DNA of 63,054 nucleotides, the filler included. It is 11 parts of 11 records of this genome, joined end to end, with 100 filler letters (N's around TTAATTAATTAA, not from the genome) between each part and the next. Parts side by side here need not be neighbours in the genome. Positions count along the whole stretch, not along the records: positions 11,216 to 16,347 come from SRR31156797_106674; positions 16,448 to 21,886 come from SRR31156797_106868; 9 more parts are not named here. One strand, written 5' to 3'. The notes beneath the pieces are model-generated. The model saw nothing but the letters and a program-made list of their open reading frames with translations, had not been told where the DNA came from and made no database searches. Positions within the stretch are counted from its first letter, which is position 1. Every line of letters starts with the position of its first letter. The position numbers were made by a program, and so were the translations under genes. Positions 11,812-21,986 of this stretch are shown piece after piece.

Positions 11812-12399
11812 TTACGTCGGGTCGCTGGTTGCTCCCTTCTTCTTAGTGTCGTCAATGTAGTCCTGATTGTTGACCGACCTAATGCTGAATTTGCACCAGC
11901 TAGTGACAGTCATCGTCTCCAGGAAGGCCCGGGGTGTTCTACGGACCGGTAGTCCAGTTTGCTCAGCCACGAAGAGCCCAGCAGCGAAGAGATCGCCGTC
12001 TGTGACCGGCTGGATGCCTACATCGGGGAAGAGGCTCTTTGGGGTGTGGCCTTCTTGTTCGTATTGGACTCGGTAGCGACTCCAGACCTCGTCGGTAACA
12101 AACCGATCTGGAGTGGGGTGCTGATTGAGCCAACTCAGGTTCTCCGCACTGGCGTAGATCAACAGCCCCTTGCCGGGTCTGTAATTCCGGTCGACCAGGG
12201 GGATGGATGGGTGGAACGGCCACGCCCATTGTGGCATGTCGGGACAGTGCCAGGTCGCCTTACGGCGGCGTGAGTTTGGCAATCCGCCTGGACACTCAAT
12301 ACAGATGATGTTACCCAGACAGTTCTCGTGCTCCGGCTTGACGAAGAAGTCATTGGACACGGTAAACGGGATGGCTTTATACTCTACCCATGTTGTCAT
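11812..12399 (-). CDS. hypothetical protein, probably a truncated remnant
   Basis: Protein-like core PSIPLVDRNYRPGKGLLIYASAENL...WCKFSI. The end abuts the integrase relic. Confidence 0.35.
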   Translation of the reverse strand: MTTWVEYKAIPFTVSNDFFVKPEHENCLGNIICIECPGGLPNSRRRKATWHCPDMPQWAWPFHPSIPLVDRNYRPGKGLLIYASAENLSWLNQHPTPDRFVTDEVWSRYRVQYEQEGHTPKSLFPDVGIQPVTDGDLFAAGLFVAEQTGLPVRRTPRAFLETMTVTSWCKFSIRSVNNQDYIDDTKKKGATSDPT

Positions 12400-12472
12400 C
12401 TTGGAACGGGAGCCTCGATGGCCGGAGGCCCCGGGAAGTCAATCGATTGTGGACCCTGTCTGAGGAAACGGT

Positions 12473-14659
12473 ATGGACAACACATCACTGACCACGGGCG
12501 GCTTCACCCTGCCCGGCGAAGCGGGCTACGAAGAACTGACGCTGCGTCTGGCCAAGACGTGGGGCGCCGATGTGATTCGAGACAGCGATGGCACTCAGCT
12601 CTCCGACCAAATCTACACGTCGGGTTATGACATCTATTCCACCGTCTGTGTGATTCGCGCGGACAACGAATGGGCCAAGGCCAATCCGGACAAGCTCCAG
12701 CAATGCTGCCTGATGAGCGAGCCGGTTCTAGCCGAAGGTGATAGCGTCACTATCGAGTTGCTGAAGGGCTATTTCACCGAGCAGTTCCGCATCAACAGCG
12801 ACGACGATCCACAGCAGTGGTGGCAGGTCTTCGACCGAACGGCAGACCGGCAGGTGCCTGCTACCGATTGGTCGTTCGATGAGGCGACCGGGTCGGTCAC
12901 GGTCCGAAACACGAAGCCCTGGCACAGCTACACGGTGAATTTCTTCTCCTATCGCATCTGGGAGGAGATTTCCATGTACAACCATGTCACCAACGACTGG
13001 GGCGACCGCGAACACCTCATGCCGATCGAGCCCATGCATCCGGAAGCCCAGGAACAGATCCTGGCGTATCTGGAACAATGGCTGCGCGACCACCCCAACA
13101 CCAGCGTCGTCCGGCTGACCTCGCTGTTCTACAATTTCTGGTGGTTCTGGGGCGACCCGCAGAAGCAGCGGTTCATCGTCAACGACTGGGGCTCCTACGA
13201 ATTCTCCGTAACCCCCGTCGCCATCCGCAAGTTCGAGACCAAGTACGGCTACCGCCCCACCTCGGAGGATTTCGTCAATGCGGGGCTCTACAACACCTCC
13301 CACAAGGTCCCCTCGAAGACCTACCGCGACTGGATGGACTTCATCAATGAGTTCGTGATCGATTTCGGCCGCCAGTGCGTGGACCTGATTCACGCGCACG
13401 GCAAGCAGGCCTTCGTCTTCTACAACGACCACTGGGTCGGCATGGAGCCCTACAGCAAGCGGTTCAAAGACCTCAACCTCGACGGGATCATCGACGGCAT
13501 CTTCAGCGGGTTCGAAGCGCGCAAGGTCGCCAACACGCCCCACGTCAAGGTCAAAGAACTCCGAATGCACCCGTACCTCTTCCCAACCGGCGTCAACGGT
13601 GCGCCGTCGTTCCTGCCGGGCGGTAACCCCACGCTGGAATGCAAGACCTACTGGCTGGATATCCGCCGGGCTTTGTTGCGGGAAGGTGTCGATCGCATCG
13701 GGTTTGGCGGCTACCTGCATCTGGTCGAGAATCATCCGGACTTCGTTGACTACATCGTTCATATGACCGAAGAGTTCCGGCAACTCCGCAGCCTGCACGA
13801 GAACGACGCGCCCTATGCCCCCGAGTTCAAGGTGGCCATCCTCAGCGCCTGGGGCAAGATGCGGGCCTGGGGCTGTTGCGGCCATTACAATCATGGCAAC
13901 TTCTACAACGAGGTCATGGAATCCGTCTCAGGGCTCCCGTTGCACGTCGAGTTCATCAGTTTCGAAGACCTCCGCACCGGCGGCATCCCCAGCGACGTCA
14001 GAGTGATCATCAATGCGGGCGTCGCAGACACCTCCTGGTGCGGGGGTGAACACTGGGCCGATGAGAAGATCATCGAAGCCATCTCGCAATTCGTACACAG
14101 CGGCGGCGGCTTCATCGGCGTGGGTGAACCGACCGCGCTGAAGCATAGCAGCCTCTATTTCCAACTCGCTCACATTCTGGGTGTGGATCGCGAACTGGGA
14201 CTGACCAAGGCGTTCAACCGCCTGTCCTTTGATTCCGTCGGAGCGGGCCATTTCATCATGAGGGATGCAGAAGTCGCATTGGACTTCGGCCCGGACACCG
14301 GCAACATCTACATCCTGGATGACCAGACGGAGGTCCTGGCCGCTAGGGGCGAAAGCCCCACGGTCACCACGAGATCGTTTGGACAAGGCCGAAGCGTGTA
14401 TCTGTCGGGCCACGAATTCACGCCGGAGAATGTTCGCCTGCTCCATCGGGCCATTTTCTTTGCGGCCCAGGCCGAAGCGCAGTTTGAAACGTATCTTTGC
14501 AGCAACGTCCACACCGAATGCGCGTACTATCCGAATCATCGCAAGCTGGCGGTGATCAACAACACCGATCAGCCTCAAAAGACCCGGATAACCGCAGAGA
14601 AGGACGAAACGCTGACCGCCAGCCTGGAACCGTATGGCGTGCAGATCATAGACGTGTAG
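12473..14659 (+). CDS. GH112 beta-galactoside phosphorylase (1,3-beta-galactosyl-N-acetylhexosamine / galactosyl-rhamnose phosphorylase family)
   Basis: FTLPGEAG...WGADVIRDSDGT, RIWEEISMYNHVTNDW, catalytic-region FYNDHWVGMEP, IDGIFSG, ELRMHPYLFP; 728 aa. Confidence 0.92.
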   Translation: MDNTSLTTGGFTLPGEAGYEELTLRLAKTWGADVIRDSDGTQLSDQIYTSGYDIYSTVCVIRADNEWAKANPDKLQQCCLMSEPVLAEGDSVTIELLKGYFTEQFRINSDDDPQQWWQVFDRTADRQVPATDWSFDEATGSVTVRNTKPWHSYTVNFFSYRIWEEISMYNHVTNDWGDREHLMPIEPMHPEAQEQILAYLEQWLRDHPNTSVVRLTSLFYNFWWFWGDPQKQRFIVNDWGSYEFSVTPVAIRKFETKYGYRPTSEDFVNAGLYNTSHKVPSKTYRDWMDFINEFVIDFGRQCVDLIHAHGKQAFVFYNDHWVGMEPYSKRFKDLNLDGIIDGIFSGFEARKVANTPHVKVKELRMHPYLFPTGVNGAPSFLPGGNPTLECKTYWLDIRRALLREGVDRIGFGGYLHLVENHPDFVDYIVHMTEEFRQLRSLHENDAPYAPEFKVAILSAWGKMRAWGCCGHYNHGNFYNEVMESVSGLPLHVEFISFEDLRTGGIPSDVRVIINAGVADTSWCGGEHWADEKIIEAISQFVHSGGGFIGVGEPTALKHSSLYFQLAHILGVDRELGLTKAFNRLSFDSVGAGHFIMRDAEVALDFGPDTGNIYILDDQTEVLAARGESPTVTTRSFGQGRSVYLSGHEFTPENVRLLHRAIFFAAQAEAQFETYLCSNVHTECAYYPNHRKLAVINNTDQPQKTRITAEKDETLTASLEPYGVQIIDV

Positions 14660-14704
14660 CGTGCTCGTACAGACCCGTTCAGTCCCATTGAGGAACGATG
14701 CCCC

Positions 14705-16189
14705 ATGGAACCCAACGCCAACACCGCATCTGACGTCACGCCGTCCCATGCTCCCGCGGGAAGACTGTCAGTCTTCGAAAAGGTCGGATTCGGCCTGGGA
14801 GACACCGCCTCCAACATCATGTACCAGGCCTGGAGTTTCTTCCTGGCCAAGTTCTACACCGACGTCTTTGGCATCTCGACCAAGCATGCGGCCACGATGT
14901 TCCTCGTGACGCGCGTCTGGGACATGATCAACGACCCCGTCATGGGCATGATTGCCGACCGCACCAATACGCGCTGGGGAAGGTTCCGCCCCTACCTGCT
15001 CTGGATTCCCATCCCCTACGGCCTGCTGATCTACTGCATGTTCGTCACGCCGGAATGGGGACAGAATGCCAAGTTGATTTATGCGTATGCCACCTACATC
15101 CTGGCCACGATGGCCTATACGGCGGTCAACATCCCCTACTCGTCGCTGATGGCCGTGATGACGCCGGACCCGAAAGAACGCACCACGCTCTCGCAGTACC
15201 GGTTCTTCTGCGCCTTCATCGGCATGTTGATGATTACCACCTTCATGCTGCCTTTGGTGAAGCTGCTCGGCGCCGACCCCAACCACTCAGGCTTCGACAG
15301 CAATCTGGGATACAGCCAGGCATTGGGCTACCAGAGAACCATGGGCGTCTTTGGGCTCATCGCGATCGGGCTTTTCATGATTACCTTCCTGACCACTCGG
15401 GAACGCGTCGTGCCCGCGAAGACTCAGAAGGGGTCCTTCGGCCAGGACCTCACCGATGTCTTCCGCAACATCCCCTGGATCGTCCTGTTCACAGCCTGCA
15501 TCTTCTGGCTGACGCACAACATGATCCGCAACGGCGCGATCGCCTACTACTTCGATTACGTCAGCAGCAGTGGCAACGAGACCATGTTCACCTTGCCCCT
15601 CTTCAAATTGGACTTTGACCGAACGACCACGTTCCTGACGATCGGTACGTTCGGCATGATGGCCGGCGTCTTTCTCAGCACACCCTGCAAGAAGCATCTG
15701 GGCAAGAAGGCGGCCAGCATCATCCTGGCCCTGGCTGGGGCGGTGGTCGGCGCCGCCTTCTACTGGTTGCCGCCGGACAACTTCGTGGCGTTGGGGGTCA
15801 TGAATTTCCTCTGGTCCATCATCGCCGGCGCCACGCCCGTGTTCCTGTTCGCCATGTTCACCGATGTCACGGACTTTCACGAGTGGAAGTTCGGGCGACG
15901 CGCGACGGGGCTGGTCATTGCCGGCATCATGTTCGCCATCAAGATGGGCGTCGCCCTCGGCGGCTTCCTGATTCTAAAGCTCCTGGGCCACTTCGGCTAT
16001 GTCGCCAATCAGGCCCAGACCCCGGAGGCCATCCAAGGGATCACCCTGCTGCTCAGTTTGATCCCGGCCGCCTTTATCCTGGTCTGTGCGATCCTGCTGT
16101 GTCTCTATCCGATCAGTGAAAAGATGCTGGTCACGATCGAGACCGATTTGCAGGCGCGCAAAGATGCCACCGGCCCGCCGGAGGCATAA
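14705..16189 (+). CDS. glycoside-pentoside-hexuronide (GPH) family MFS symporter
   Basis: EKVGFGLGDTASN, DMINDPVMGMIADRTNTRWGRFRPY, NIPYSSL; about 12 hydrophobic segments. Confidence 0.93.
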   Translation: MEPNANTASDVTPSHAPAGRLSVFEKVGFGLGDTASNIMYQAWSFFLAKFYTDVFGISTKHAATMFLVTRVWDMINDPVMGMIADRTNTRWGRFRPYLLWIPIPYGLLIYCMFVTPEWGQNAKLIYAYATYILATMAYTAVNIPYSSLMAVMTPDPKERTTLSQYRFFCAFIGMLMITTFMLPLVKLLGADPNHSGFDSNLGYSQALGYQRTMGVFGLIAIGLFMITFLTTRERVVPAKTQKGSFGQDLTDVFRNIPWIVLFTACIFWLTHNMIRNGAIAYYFDYVSSSGNETMFTLPLFKLDFDRTTTFLTIGTFGMMAGVFLSTPCKKHLGKKAASIILALAGAVVGAAFYWLPPDNFVALGVMNFLWSIIAGATPVFLFAMFTDVTDFHEWKFGRRATGLVIAGIMFAIKMGVALGGFLILKLLGHFGYVANQAQTPEAIQGITLLLSLIPAAFILVCAILLCLYPISEKMLVTIETDLQARKDATGPPEA

Positions 16190-16250
16190 CGGAGTCGGAC
16201 AGCCCACTCGGTGAACGTGTAGTGATATGACGCCAGTACTCTGGCCCCTT

Positions 16251-16347
16251 TGTCATCCTGAGCCAACGGTGAAGGATCTGGGTCTGGCCAGAGGATGACC
16301 GTCAATCACGGTCCGGCCCCAGATGCTTCACTGCGTTCAGCATGACA
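16251..16347. repeat. REP-like long inverted repeat
   Basis: TGTCATCCTGAGC...GTGAAGGATCTGGG paired with CCCAGATGCTTCAC...GTTCAGCATGACA. The contig ends exactly at its edge. Confidence 0.7.
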
Positions 16348-16447
16348 NNNNNNNNNNNNNNNNNNNNNNNNNNNNNNNNNNNNNNNNNNNNTTAATTAAT
16401 TAANNNNNNNNNNNNNNNNNNNNNNNNNNNNNNNNNNNNNNNNNNNN
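16348..16447. other. artificial contig spacer
   Basis: N44-TTAATTAATTAA-N44. Confidence 0.99.
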
Positions 16448-16959
16448 ACCTGAGCAAGCATATTCATACCCGCTTTGGATACACAGTAGACGCCATTGCC
16501 CAGCTCGCCGATTTTAGAGGCCTGTGAGGAGATTGAGATTATTTTTCCGTCTTTTACGCCGTCCCTTACCATCATCTTGGCAATCTCTCTGCTTAGAAGG
16601 AAGGTGCTCTTCAGGTTGACGTTCATCACCCTGTCCCACTCATCAAGTTCCACATCCTTCATCAGCTTGCTGGTGGATATACCGGCGCAATTGCCCAGGA
16701 TCTCGACCTTGTCGCAGAGTTTGTCGATTTCGGCAACGGCCTTGAGAACATCCTGCATATCACTCATATCAGCGACAACGGGCCAGGCTTTAACACCTTT
16801 GGCGGCTGCTTCTTCAGCAGTCTTCTCTATGCCTTTTTTATTAATATCCATTACAACGACGTTAACGCCTTGATCTGCATATCCCACAGCCAATGCTTTG
16901 CCCATTCCTCTGGCCGCACCTGTGACGACCGCGGTTTTTCCCTTTAAGCCGAGATCCAT
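16448..16959 (-). CDS. short-chain dehydrogenase/reductase (3' truncated)
   Basis: TGAARGMG, NCAG, catalytic YCVSK. Confidence 0.93.
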
Positions 16960-17049
16960 AATCCTCTCCTGTTTTATTGAGTATTAATTAGCTTATTTGT
17001 GTTTGAAAAGGTTAAGGGGAGAAGCCCGAAAGCTCCTCCTCTGATGATG

Positions 17050-18018
17050 TTATTTGGAAGTCTTGGCGCCCTTTGTCTTGATATCCATGATAACGGCGAT
17101 CATGATAACGACACCCTTGAGAATCTGCTGCCAGTAGGGGGATACATTGGTCAGGTTCAGGATATTCTGAAGGATCCCGACGATGATTCCGCCCACAAGA
17201 GTACCCGTTATGGTTCCTACTCCTCCGGAGAGGGAGGTACCGCCGATAACGGCACAGGTAATGGCATCCAGCTCAAATGTCAGACCCGCCGCGGGCTGTC
17301 CCGAGTTGATACGTGACATCAAAAGAACACCGGAAAGACCGACCAATGTACTGGCCAGGGTATAGGTCATGATCTTTATACCTGTGACGTTTACACCGGA
17401 AGCCAGAGCTGCCGTTTCGTTACCGCCGATGGCATAGATATAGCGGCCGAAACGGGTTCGGTTTACCATCACCATGATAATGACCATGATCACAAGCATG
17501 ATAATGATGGGGTTGGGGATTCCGAAAGTGTAGCCCTGACCGAATACGGTAAAGTCTCCGATGTTGATAATGGGATAGCCGCCTGTATAAAGCAGGGCCA
17601 GTCCACGGGCTCCGGTCATCATGGCCAGAGTTACGATAAAGGGAGGCAGGGTGAAATAGGTAATCAGAAAACCGTTAATAAAACCAACCAGAGCTCCCGA
17701 AACCAGTCCCGTCAGGAGTCCAAGCCAGATACTGCCCGTATGGACGTACATGCTGGTCGCCAGAACACCAGTCAGAGCTACAACCGAACCGGATGACAGG
17801 TCGATTCCACCGGTTATAATGATCATGGTTACACCGAAGCCGATAATGGTGATGATAGACATCTGTCTAAGAACATTTATTATATTTCTGCTCGTCAGAA
17901 ACGCGGGACTCAGCAGTGAAGAGGCAATGATCATTACCGCCAGGATCACCAGAAATCCATATTTACCTAAGAACGTCTTTATGTCGAAATTATTGCTCAG
18001 AGCTTTCTCGCTACTCAT
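17050..18018 (-). CDS. monosaccharide ABC transporter permease (RbsC-like)
   Basis: GGIDLSSG, PPFIVTL, FGRYIYAIGGN, ELDAITCAVIGGTSLSGG. Confidence 0.95.
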   Translation of the reverse strand: MSSEKALSNNFDIKTFLGKYGFLVILAVMIIASSLLSPAFLTSRNIINVLRQMSIITIIGFGVTMIIITGGIDLSSGSVVALTGVLATSMYVHTGSIWLGLLTGLVSGALVGFINGFLITYFTLPPFIVTLAMMTGARGLALLYTGGYPIINIGDFTVFGQGYTFGIPNPIIIMLVIMVIIMVMVNRTRFGRYIYAIGGNETAALASGVNVTGIKIMTYTLASTLVGLSGVLLMSRINSGQPAAGLTFELDAITCAVIGGTSLSGGVGTITGTLVGGIIVGILQNILNLTNVSPYWQQILKGVVIMIAVIMDIKTKGAKTSK

Positions 18019-19522
18019 TTTTTCCTCCTGTTGCCAAGGTCATAACACTTTCCTGAGTCGCTTCTTCCCGGCTCAGCTCGCCCTTGAATTTCCCTTCATG
18101 CATTACCAGAATCCGATCGCTCATACCGAGTATCTCCGGAAGTTCCGATGAAATCATGATAACCGCCATACCCTTGGCCGCAAACTTGCACATAAGCTTG
18201 TGGATCTCCGATTTGGCTCCGACATCGATACCTCTTGTAGGTTCGTCGAGGATCAATACCTTCAGCGGTCTGATCAGCCATTTGCTGAGTACTACCTTCT
18301 GCTGGTTTCCTCCGGAAAGGGTACTGACGTTCACATCCAGGCTGTGTGTTTTCGTCTTAAGCTGCTTGGATATTTCTTCAGCTTCTTCCTTCTCATATTT
18401 GAGATCCAGGAATCCGTTCTTCGTAAACATCTCCAGGCTGGCCAGAGATATATTTTCCCGGATGGGCCGTCCAAGGCAGAGTCCTACTTCCTTCCGATCC
18501 TCAGGTACATAGGCAATCCCGTGCCGGATGGCGTTGATGGGTTTATTTATCTCGTAGGGAAGGCCGTCCAGAAGCATCTCTCCCGAATCCAGGGGGTCAA
18601 GTCCGAAAATGGCCCGGGCCACTTCTGTTCTTCCCGCACCCATAAGGCCGGAAAGACCGACGATTTCCCCTTGTCGGATCTGGAAAGAGACGTTTTCGAA
18701 TTTACCCTTGCTAGTCAAGTTTTTAGCTTCGAAGACAACATCGCCGATTTCCACTTCCGTTTTGGGGAAGAGGTGGGTCAGTTCCCTACCTACCATAAGA
18801 GATACCAATTTCTTCTCCGTCAACTCCGATGTGGAAACCGTATCGACATACTGGCCGTCCCGCATAACCGAGACTTCATCGGTGATCTCAAAGATCTCAT
18901 CCAGTTTGTGAGAAATATAGATAAAGGTAATCCCCTTGTCTCTCAGTTCGTTTATCAGTTTAAAAAGCGTGGCAACTTCCGCATCCGTAATGGCGGATGT
19001 GGGCTCGTCCAGTACGATCAGCCTGGAACCTCTGTGGATTCCCTTGGCGATCTCAACCATCTGTTGTTGTGACACGCTCAGTTTGTTCAATTTTGTTTTG
19101 GGACTGAATTGTCCCAGCCCTATACCATCAAGGTACTTGGCTGTTTCCTGATTGATGAAGTGGGCATCAACGAAAACCTTGTTTTTCTGTTTGGGTTCTC
19201 TTCCGAGAAACATATTCTCGGCAATGGTCATATCGCTTACCAGGTTCAGTTCCTGGTATACGGTGGATACACCGACATCAAAAGCATCCTGGGTATTTCT
19301 GATTTCGACTTTTTTGCCGTCAAACCATATTTCACCCTCGTTGGCGATATACTCTCCAGCCAGGATTTTCATCATGGTGGATTTTCCGGCTCCATTCTCT
19401 CCGCAAAGGGCGTGAACAGTACCCGGACGAACACGCAGCGTTACATCGTCAACAGCTTTAACGCCGGGAAAAGTTTTTACTATGTTACGCATTTCTAATA
19501 AAAACTCATTATTACTGCTCAT
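18011..19522 (-). CDS. monosaccharide ABC transporter ATP-binding protein (RbsA/MglA-like)
   Basis: Two ABC domains: GENGAGKST, LDEPT, LSGGNQQK, LDEPTRGIDVGAK. Confidence 0.96.
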   Translation of the reverse strand: MSSNNEFLLEMRNIVKTFPGVKAVDDVTLRVRPGTVHALCGENGAGKSTMMKILAGEYIANEGEIWFDGKKVEIRNTQDAFDVGVSTVYQELNLVSDMTIAENMFLGREPKQKNKVFVDAHFINQETAKYLDGIGLGQFSPKTKLNKLSVSQQQMVEIAKGIHRGSRLIVLDEPTSAITDAEVATLFKLINELRDKGITFIYISHKLDEIFEITDEVSVMRDGQYVDTVSTSELTEKKLVSLMVGRELTHLFPKTEVEIGDVVFEAKNLTSKGKFENVSFQIRQGEIVGLSGLMGAGRTEVARAIFGLDPLDSGEMLLDGLPYEINKPINAIRHGIAYVPEDRKEVGLCLGRPIRENISLASLEMFTKNGFLDLKYEKEEAEEISKQLKTKTHSLDVNVSTLSGGNQQKVVLSKWLIRPLKVLILDEPTRGIDVGAKSEIHKLMCKFAAKGMAVIMISSELPEILGMSDRILVMHEGKFKGELSREEATQESVMTLATGGKNE

Positions 19523-19559
19523 GGTTGTCCTCCTTATTTAGTCATTCAAAGGGTTAGTG

Positions 19560-19602
19560 TAGGATGAATCAGCCGGGATCGAGCCCCGGCTGATTCATCC
19601 TA
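19560..19602. terminator. 18-bp hairpin between the binding-protein and ATPase genes (mRNA-stabilising or attenuating)
   Basis: TAGGATGAATCAGCCGGG, 7-nt loop, CCCGGCTGATTCATCCTA. Confidence 0.6.
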
Positions 19603-19611
19603 TGTAAGGGA

Positions 19612-20534
19612 TTACATATATTCGTCGATGTTCTCTTCGGTAATAGGTACGAAGGGGACCATAACGTCGCCGGTAATTTTTTCGCCGTTCAGCAATTTTT
19701 CAATTGTATCGATAGAAGTCTGAGCCTGACCTACCTTGTCCTGGAGGACGGTAATGGTGAAGGTTCCTTTTTTTACATTCTGTTTGGCTTCGTCGGTTCC
19801 GTCGATACCGCCAATCATCACACCGGACATCCCGGCACCCTTCAGGGCTTCCAGTGCGCCGAGAGCCATCTGGTCATTAGCTGCGATTACACCGTCAATC
19901 TTGGGGAACGCCTGGATCATGTCTTCCATAACCATCATACCTTCTGCTCTGTCGTAGTTGGCAGTCTGGTCTGCAATGACTTCGATGTCGGATCTTTTGG
20001 CAAGTTCATCAAGAACGGCCTGACGTCTTTTTACGGTATGGTCCATACCGGGAGTACCCTGGAGGTAAACTACCTTGGCGTTTTCGGGAAGAACTTTGGC
20101 CATGTATTCGCGCCTTCCATCTGTCCGGCGTCATAGTTGTCAGAACCAACGTAAACAAATTCACCGGCATTGGGGTCAATTCTGGCGTTTACGGAAACAA
20201 GGGGGATGCCCGCTTCGTTGGCCATTTTTACAGCAGGGATACATCCGTTGGCGTCCAGGGGGCTGATTCCGATGGCATCAACACCGAGGGAGATAAAAGT
20301 CTCAATGGCGGCAACCTGCTTTTCGATGTCCAGAAGGGGGTCGATTACCTTAACTTCCCAGCCCTTGGCTTCAGCGGCTTTGATAAACTCTTCCTTCAGC
20401 TGATTCTGAAAAACATCCTGCGCACTGTGAAAGGTGTAACCGATGGTGATTTTTCCATCATCCTGCTGACCGGCTGCGAAAAGACCTCCGAATGCCAGGG
20501 ACAGCAACAGCGCTACCAATAATGCTTTCTTCAT
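19612..20534 (-). pseudogene. sugar ABC transporter substrate-binding protein (RbsB-like), split by a frameshift near 20110
   Basis: N-half MKKALLVALLLSLAFGGLFAAGQQD...YVGSDNYDAGQMEG and C-half YMAKVLPENAKVVYLQG...NDQMALGA...IGGIDG are in different frames. Removing 2 nt from GGCGCGAATAC gives GGC GAA TAC ATG. Confidence 0.8.
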
Positions 20535-20622
20535 AAATTCCTCCTAATGTCATGAAAAAGATTAATATTTTTCCTTCCTGTCTGCCATTAAAACATCCGG
20601 CAGGGGAAGCGTTGTTAATTTG

Positions 20623-20650
20623 ATTATAGCATGGCTTAGTGGTATGTCAA
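20623..20650 (-). promoter_or_regulatory. consensus sigma70 promoter of the ABC operon
   Basis: Minus strand TTGACA, 16 nt, TATAAT with TGn extension. Flanked by repeated GTTAATT words (possible ROK operator). Confidence 0.8.
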
Positions 20651-20903
20651 GTTAATTTGTTAATTAAGTTTATTTGAGTTAAATGCATTTTAAATCGTTT
20701 CTGTGTAAATAAAAAAAGAAAGTGCATTGAATCGATAAATATATACTTAATCGGAGTATATCAACTTAGTTTTTTGCAAATAACAGATTCCGTGGAAGCT
20801 CAAATGTCTTCTCTCAGCAAGAGAGCTGGGGTGTGCCCTTGGCAATGGTGTGTAAGAGAAGGAGGGGGCGTCTTTTTTCTTGAGTAGGATTAGGAAGGAG
20901 GAA

Positions 20904-21886
20904 TTAATAATCTCCGCGGTTCTCGAAATATTTTTTGGCTACATAGGAGGCACCGCCCCTCAAAGCGCCTTCTTCGTCGAAAATGGTATAGCGGATATCG
21001 AACTGTTTGTTCATTCTCAGAAAACCCTGTTTTTCGATCCGTGACCTGAGGCTGTTGAGGAAGTAATCCCCTGCGGTTCTGTAATCGCCGGCTATCAGAA
21101 TGGTCTCGGCGTTGAAGATCAGGTTGGTGTTGTAGAGCGCTATGACGAACCAGCCTATTACCGGGTCCAGTAGTTCCCTAGCGAACTCGTCGCCGTTGTT
21201 GGTTCCGTTAAAAATGCGCTGTAGTGAGATCTCTCCGCCGTTTAGGCAGGAATCGGGGTGTCCCGGGAGTTCTCTGGAAGCCCTGTTGAGGAGCCTTTCT
21301 TTGGATGTAAGCTGTTCAAAGCAGCCCTTGCCGCCGCAATGGCAGGTCTCAGGGTCGTTAGGATCGAGGCACATATGCCCGATCTCTCCCGTCAGGAAAC
21401 GGGGGCCCCGTTTCAACCTGTCATCAGCGATGATACCGGCTCCGACGCCGTCATGGTTGATGAGGATGCAGATGATATTCTTTTTGTCTCTGACCTGGCC
21501 GAGGGTTTTCTCAGCAAAAGCATGATAGCGGTTGTAGTTGTCAATGTAAAAAGGTGCTTTCAGCTCAACCTTTTCCTTGATCAGCTCCCGGATGGGGGAC
21601 AACGTACGCCAGGAATTGAACCGGGAGGCAGTAACGCTCATTCCGTTCTCCGAGTCGACGACGCCTGAACAGGCAACGACGATCCCGAGCAGATTCGATT
21701 CCTTTTTTACGGGGGCTTCAGGCTCCTGCCACTTACGAATGAAGTCGGTCATTATGGTGACGAGTTTTTCAAGCGCTTCGTTCGTCTTGATATGGACGAT
21801 CTCTTTGTAAAATACATTGGAGCGGGCATCGGTCAGGGCCAAGAAGACGGCTTCTCCTAATAACGCGATGCTGATGACATATCCGC
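20904..21886 (-). CDS. ROK family transcriptional regulator (5' truncated)
   Basis: GVGAGII, GEIGHM, Zn motif CHCGGKGCFE. Frame open to the contig edge. Confidence 0.92.
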
Positions 21887-21986
21887 NNNNNNNNNNNNNN
21901 NNNNNNNNNNNNNNNNNNNNNNNNNNNNNNTTAATTAATTAANNNNNNNNNNNNNNNNNNNNNNNNNNNNNNNNNNNNNNNNNNNN
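21887..21986. other. artificial contig spacer
   Basis: N44-TTAATTAATTAA-N44. Confidence 0.99.
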
